Shown here piece after piece: positions 61,101-64,000 of a stretch of 64,000 nt of DNA. This DNA is from Tubiluchus corallicola (Eukaryota; Animalia; Priapulida), in assembly GCA_030141605.1 (NCBI GenBank), contig JAQGDQ010000046.1:1-64000 (forward strand), read 5' to 3'. The notes under the pieces are model-generated. The model did not search any database, was not told the origin of the DNA, and saw only the letters and a program-made list of their open reading frames with translations. How positions within the stretch are numbered: position 1 is the first letter of the stretch; every line of letters starts with the position of its first letter. A program made the translations under genes and the position numbers.

Positions 61101-63604
61101 ACAATTTGTAGACATTTACTATTACAGAAGTTAAACTAGTACAAGTCACCAGCTTAGTAAAAAGAAATTACATGTCTCCATGAATATGTTTCATAATGAT
61201 ATTTTTTTCAGCTGCTGGAGTACACTGAAACTGTGAGTCAATGATATCTTAATCATTGACAAACTGTTTGAGTTATCTTTTAGTCCAGCCTCACGTGTCC
61301 GAAAAGAACGGTATTACTAAACTTAATTTCATTTTGTGAATTTTTAGAACGTACCTTAAAATATCCTTCTGTTATAGTCACCTCTATAAAATAAACAAAT
61401 ATTTTTTTTGTTTTAGATTTTAGAGTTGTTTTGTTCATTAAGAGCAAACACGTTGTACCATATTTGCCTTGTGGACAAAAAGTTAGGTAGTTGGAGAGCC
61501 AGTCCTTATCTCCTGTGTACTGGTCACGGCTCTCGTGAACGTAAAGAGAAAATGGCAGAAGGTAGGCACGCGCACACACTTATGTGATTATGCTTTGGAT
61601 TAATAGAATAAAAGTCAATTTTGTTATTTTACTTTTATCAGTTACAAATTGTACAACTAAATTATTTAAATATCGGATAAATAATATGGGTTGATTCGAT
61701 CGATTTATACAAAAAAAAGCTTACTTGTTAATACTTCTAAGATATTGTTTTTAACTCATTCAGTTTTATTATTTTGCAATGTCATATCAGTAGTTTCATT
61801 ACGATTTGCTGTCAATGGTTAAATGACATGATAATTATTGTGTGCACAGGGACAACTTCGCCACCTGTAGGCCCGCCTGTGTCGCCCTCCACACTAGTGA
61901 CGTATGATCGGTGCAAAACTACAGCTATTTGCATGGCACCAGTCTTTGCTACATTTGTGCAATGCTTAAAGATAGTGAGTATAGCAATTATCATGTTTTC
62001 TAGATTAATCTGATTATAATCAACAAGACTTTGGACGTATTTGTTGATAAATAGTTTCTGTCAAACCTCTTTTTATTGAGATAATTTATGTAATTTGACA
62101 TAAAATCTTTCCATTATCAGATCTAAGGATGTATTTACACAAGTTTGTAAGAGTTTGCTTTAAAATCTTATGAAAAGTATCATAATTTTGCTTTTTCTCT
62201 GCCATACAGGAAAAAGATTGGAAAACACTAGGATTGGTGCTTGGTGAATTGCCTAGTATTTTACAAAATAAAACACTTGTACTGACAGCAAATGCAAATG
62301 TTGAGCTGCTTACTGATCGGTTGTGTGCCATGGTAAGATATCTTATACTTCTATATGATTTAAGACACTTTAAGCATAATAATATTTTAATTGTTGTATT
62401 GAGTGCATTTAGTAACCTACTGTTCTCTACTTTGATGGATTTTCTTGAGCTCTGAGTCTAGTTACGATATAGAGTGCTGTAGCAATATTTCAGTCGAATT
62501 GTAGTAGCTGTAATGATACTATGTGACTTTATGTGACTTATTAGGTTGAAAGTCAGTGATTTTATGCATACTTGCTATTTTAGGTTAGTGACAGGCGACT
62601 TGGCTACCCAGATGTTATCCACAATTTGCCTCCCAAGTTTACGCGTTCTGACTTTCAAGGATATGTCTTCTCTGTTCTTGGTACACTGGCTGCTTATTAT
62701 GGTTACCTGGACAAATCTATGCAGGTACATTTATTTTGTTATTGTATCATAATGTGTAGAGGTTACTGAACAATAAACTATCAAGATTATATGTGTTAAT
62801 ACTACTTTAAGCTTCTGTTAATTAGTTAATTTTCTGACACTATTTAGTGCTAAATTTTAACTGTTTGCATTAGGAAATCACAAATTTATTGGGTTGGGGC
62901 TGTTTGAGAAATAGCAATGAACTTAATGGCCTTGATTTCTTCAAATAAATGCAATGCTTCCATAACTGGATTACAGAGAACATAGATTTTAGCGTTTTTG
63001 TTCATTTTATGAGTGACTCACTAAATCACTCCCGAGACTAATAAAAAATAAAAACTAAGTTGTGTACCAGTTATGCACTGTTGACAGTAGCAGCCCCGTG
63101 GTACGACTTTTAGGGAAAAAATTTTTAATGTTGAATGTTAATAGTTTAGTTCTTAAACTGCACATATGTTTGATATTAGAAGAATTGCCATTACTGAATT
63201 AACTTTGGTGACGTGGTTGGTTAATTATGAGCTTTAACGGCTTTTCTTTTCTTGTAAACGTATTTTATCTGTACATCTGTATACAATTCTGAAGGTTTTC
63301 GAAGGACGATAATTAATTAGAACTGGTCATTTGACAGTTTCCTTAGCAGAACAACAAAGTTTGTACGCCAGTTAATCACATTCGTTAGCATAAGTAAACT
63401 AAATTGGTTTACAGGTAACACTAATCAAAAGCCTAGAAGATGGCCGCTTGTCTCGTTGTGCTGGACTGTGCATTAACACTCTCATTATATGCACATTGGA
63501 AATGCAGGACGTCATGATGAGACAACTACCTGAAGTTCTTCTTAGATTATCACAGATCTCTGCCACTAAGGCTGTTGCAATTCCCATGTTGGAATTTCTG
63601 TCAT
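48959..63604 (+). CDS. TSC2: Tuberin (tuberous sclerosis complex 2), N-terminal ~883 aa in 18 coding exons; gene continues beyond window
   Basis: Motifs match tuberin: [92 protein letters not shown]. Exons total 2650 nt with consistent phases. The GAP domain is not in the window. Confidence 0.96.
49952..50038 (+). CDS. TSC2: TSC2 exon 2
   Basis: [29 protein letters not shown]|gtaacc. Confidence 0.9.
50762..50952 (+). CDS. TSC2: TSC2 exon 3
   Basis: [28 protein letters not shown]..|gtgacc. Confidence 0.92.
52209..52406 (+). CDS. TSC2: TSC2 exon 4
   Basis: [34 protein letters not shown]|gtgagt. Confidence 0.92.
52853..52913 (+). CDS. TSC2: TSC2 exon 5
   Basis: [20 protein letters not shown]|gtatta. 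Confidence 0.85.
53301..53426 (+). CDS. TSC2: TSC2 exon 6
   Basis: [30 protein letters not shown]|gtgagt. Confidence 0.92.
54252..54452 (+). CDS. TSC2: TSC2 exon 7
   Basis: [27 protein letters not shown]|gtaagt. Confidence 0.95.
54670..54813 (+). CDS. TSC2: TSC2 exon 8
   Basis: [33 protein letters not shown]..|gtaggt. Confidence 0.93.
55128..55274 (+). CDS. TSC2: TSC2 exon 9
   Basis: ..[30 protein letters not shown]|gtatgt. Confidence 0.92.
55596..55781 (+). CDS. TSC2: TSC2 exon 10
   Basis: [40 protein letters not shown]|gtatgg. Confidence 0.93.
57270..57425 (+). CDS. TSC2: TSC2 exon 11
   Basis: [30 protein letters not shown]..|gtatct. Confidence 0.9.
57816..57971 (+). CDS. TSC2: TSC2 exon 12
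   Basis: [20 protein letters not shown]|gtacat. Confidence 0.9.
58468..58590 (+). CDS. TSC2: TSC2 exon 13
   Basis: [30 protein letters not shown]|gtgagt. Confidence 0.92.
59430..60407. mobile_element. Probable LTR-retroelement fragment in TSC2 intron 13
   Basis: GC/CpG-richer block in a CpG-poor intron; PPT-like AGAGAGGGGAGG directly followed by TGTTAG (59762-59779); candidate TG..CA termini; no TSD or second LTR found. Confidence 0.35.
61417..61561 (+). CDS. TSC2: TSC2 exon 14
   Basis: [24 protein letters not shown]..|gtaggc. Confidence 0.88.
61850..61974 (+). CDS. TSC2: TSC2 exon 15
   Basis: [22 protein letters not shown]|gtgagt. Confidence 0.9.
62210..62332 (+). CDS. TSC2: TSC2 exon 16
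   Basis: [27 protein letters not shown]|gtaaga. Confidence 0.93.
62584..62724 (+). CDS. TSC2: TSC2 exon 17
   Basis: [35 protein letters not shown]|gtacat. Confidence 0.92.
63415..63604 (+). CDS. TSC2: TSC2 exon 18
   Basis: [41 protein letters not shown]|gtgagt. Confidence 0.94.
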
Positions 63605-64000
63605 GTGAGTGTAATTTTAAAGTTAAAATCATCAGAAGTAGCTTATTGATGATGGATTTGAATAAAAGCTCTAGCTGTTCTTAGTTAAAATGTGTAAACC
63701 TTGCACATGCTTCAAAAAGTAGATTTTGATAAATACTCTTCCTTTTTCAAGTTTTAATTGGATGCTGAGACAAGATAATTATTATAGTGATTCTTCAAGG
63801 TAATAAGCATGTCCCTATGTGACCTTTTCCCCCAAACGCATGCTTGTTGACAGCTACTACAATGTAGAATCTATAGGCAAACCAAAAAAAACATGAAGAA
63901 TGCTTGCAGGTTTGGTGTCAGTTATTCCGGAAAATGTATCACTGTCAAACTACAAGAAATTGTCACGCAAAATGACTCAAAAAAGACTCAGTTATTTCAC

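Overview
AT-rich, intron-rich invertebrate animal DNA, probably protostome judging from the receptor C-tail. Three protein-coding genes were reconstructed by hand from GT-AG boundaries with consistent phases. (1) A complete 19-coding-exon NMDA-type glutamate receptor subunit of the invertebrate NR2/GluN2 class (+, 20243-38206, about 1172 aa, ending in the PDZ ligand ETVL). (2) Cytochrome c oxidase subunit 6B (-, 43546-40994, 82 aa, missed by the ORF track). (3) The N-terminal ~883 codons of tuberin/TSC2 (+, from 48959, running off the window), head-to-head with COX6B. The first ~20 kb is non-coding and repeat-rich: inverted repeat pairs, a deleted Gypsy-like LTR element and microsatellites. 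Receptor introns hold a hAT MITE, a pogo-derived element and a 650-bp compound pentamer array. The most striking observation is that the NR2-type subunit has an intact frame but strongly non-canonical functional residues: gate SYTANLVKF instead of SYTANLAAF, pore tip LFGGS, and a GluN3-like Thr-to-Ala change in the ligand pocket. Family assignments come from recalled motifs, not database searches.
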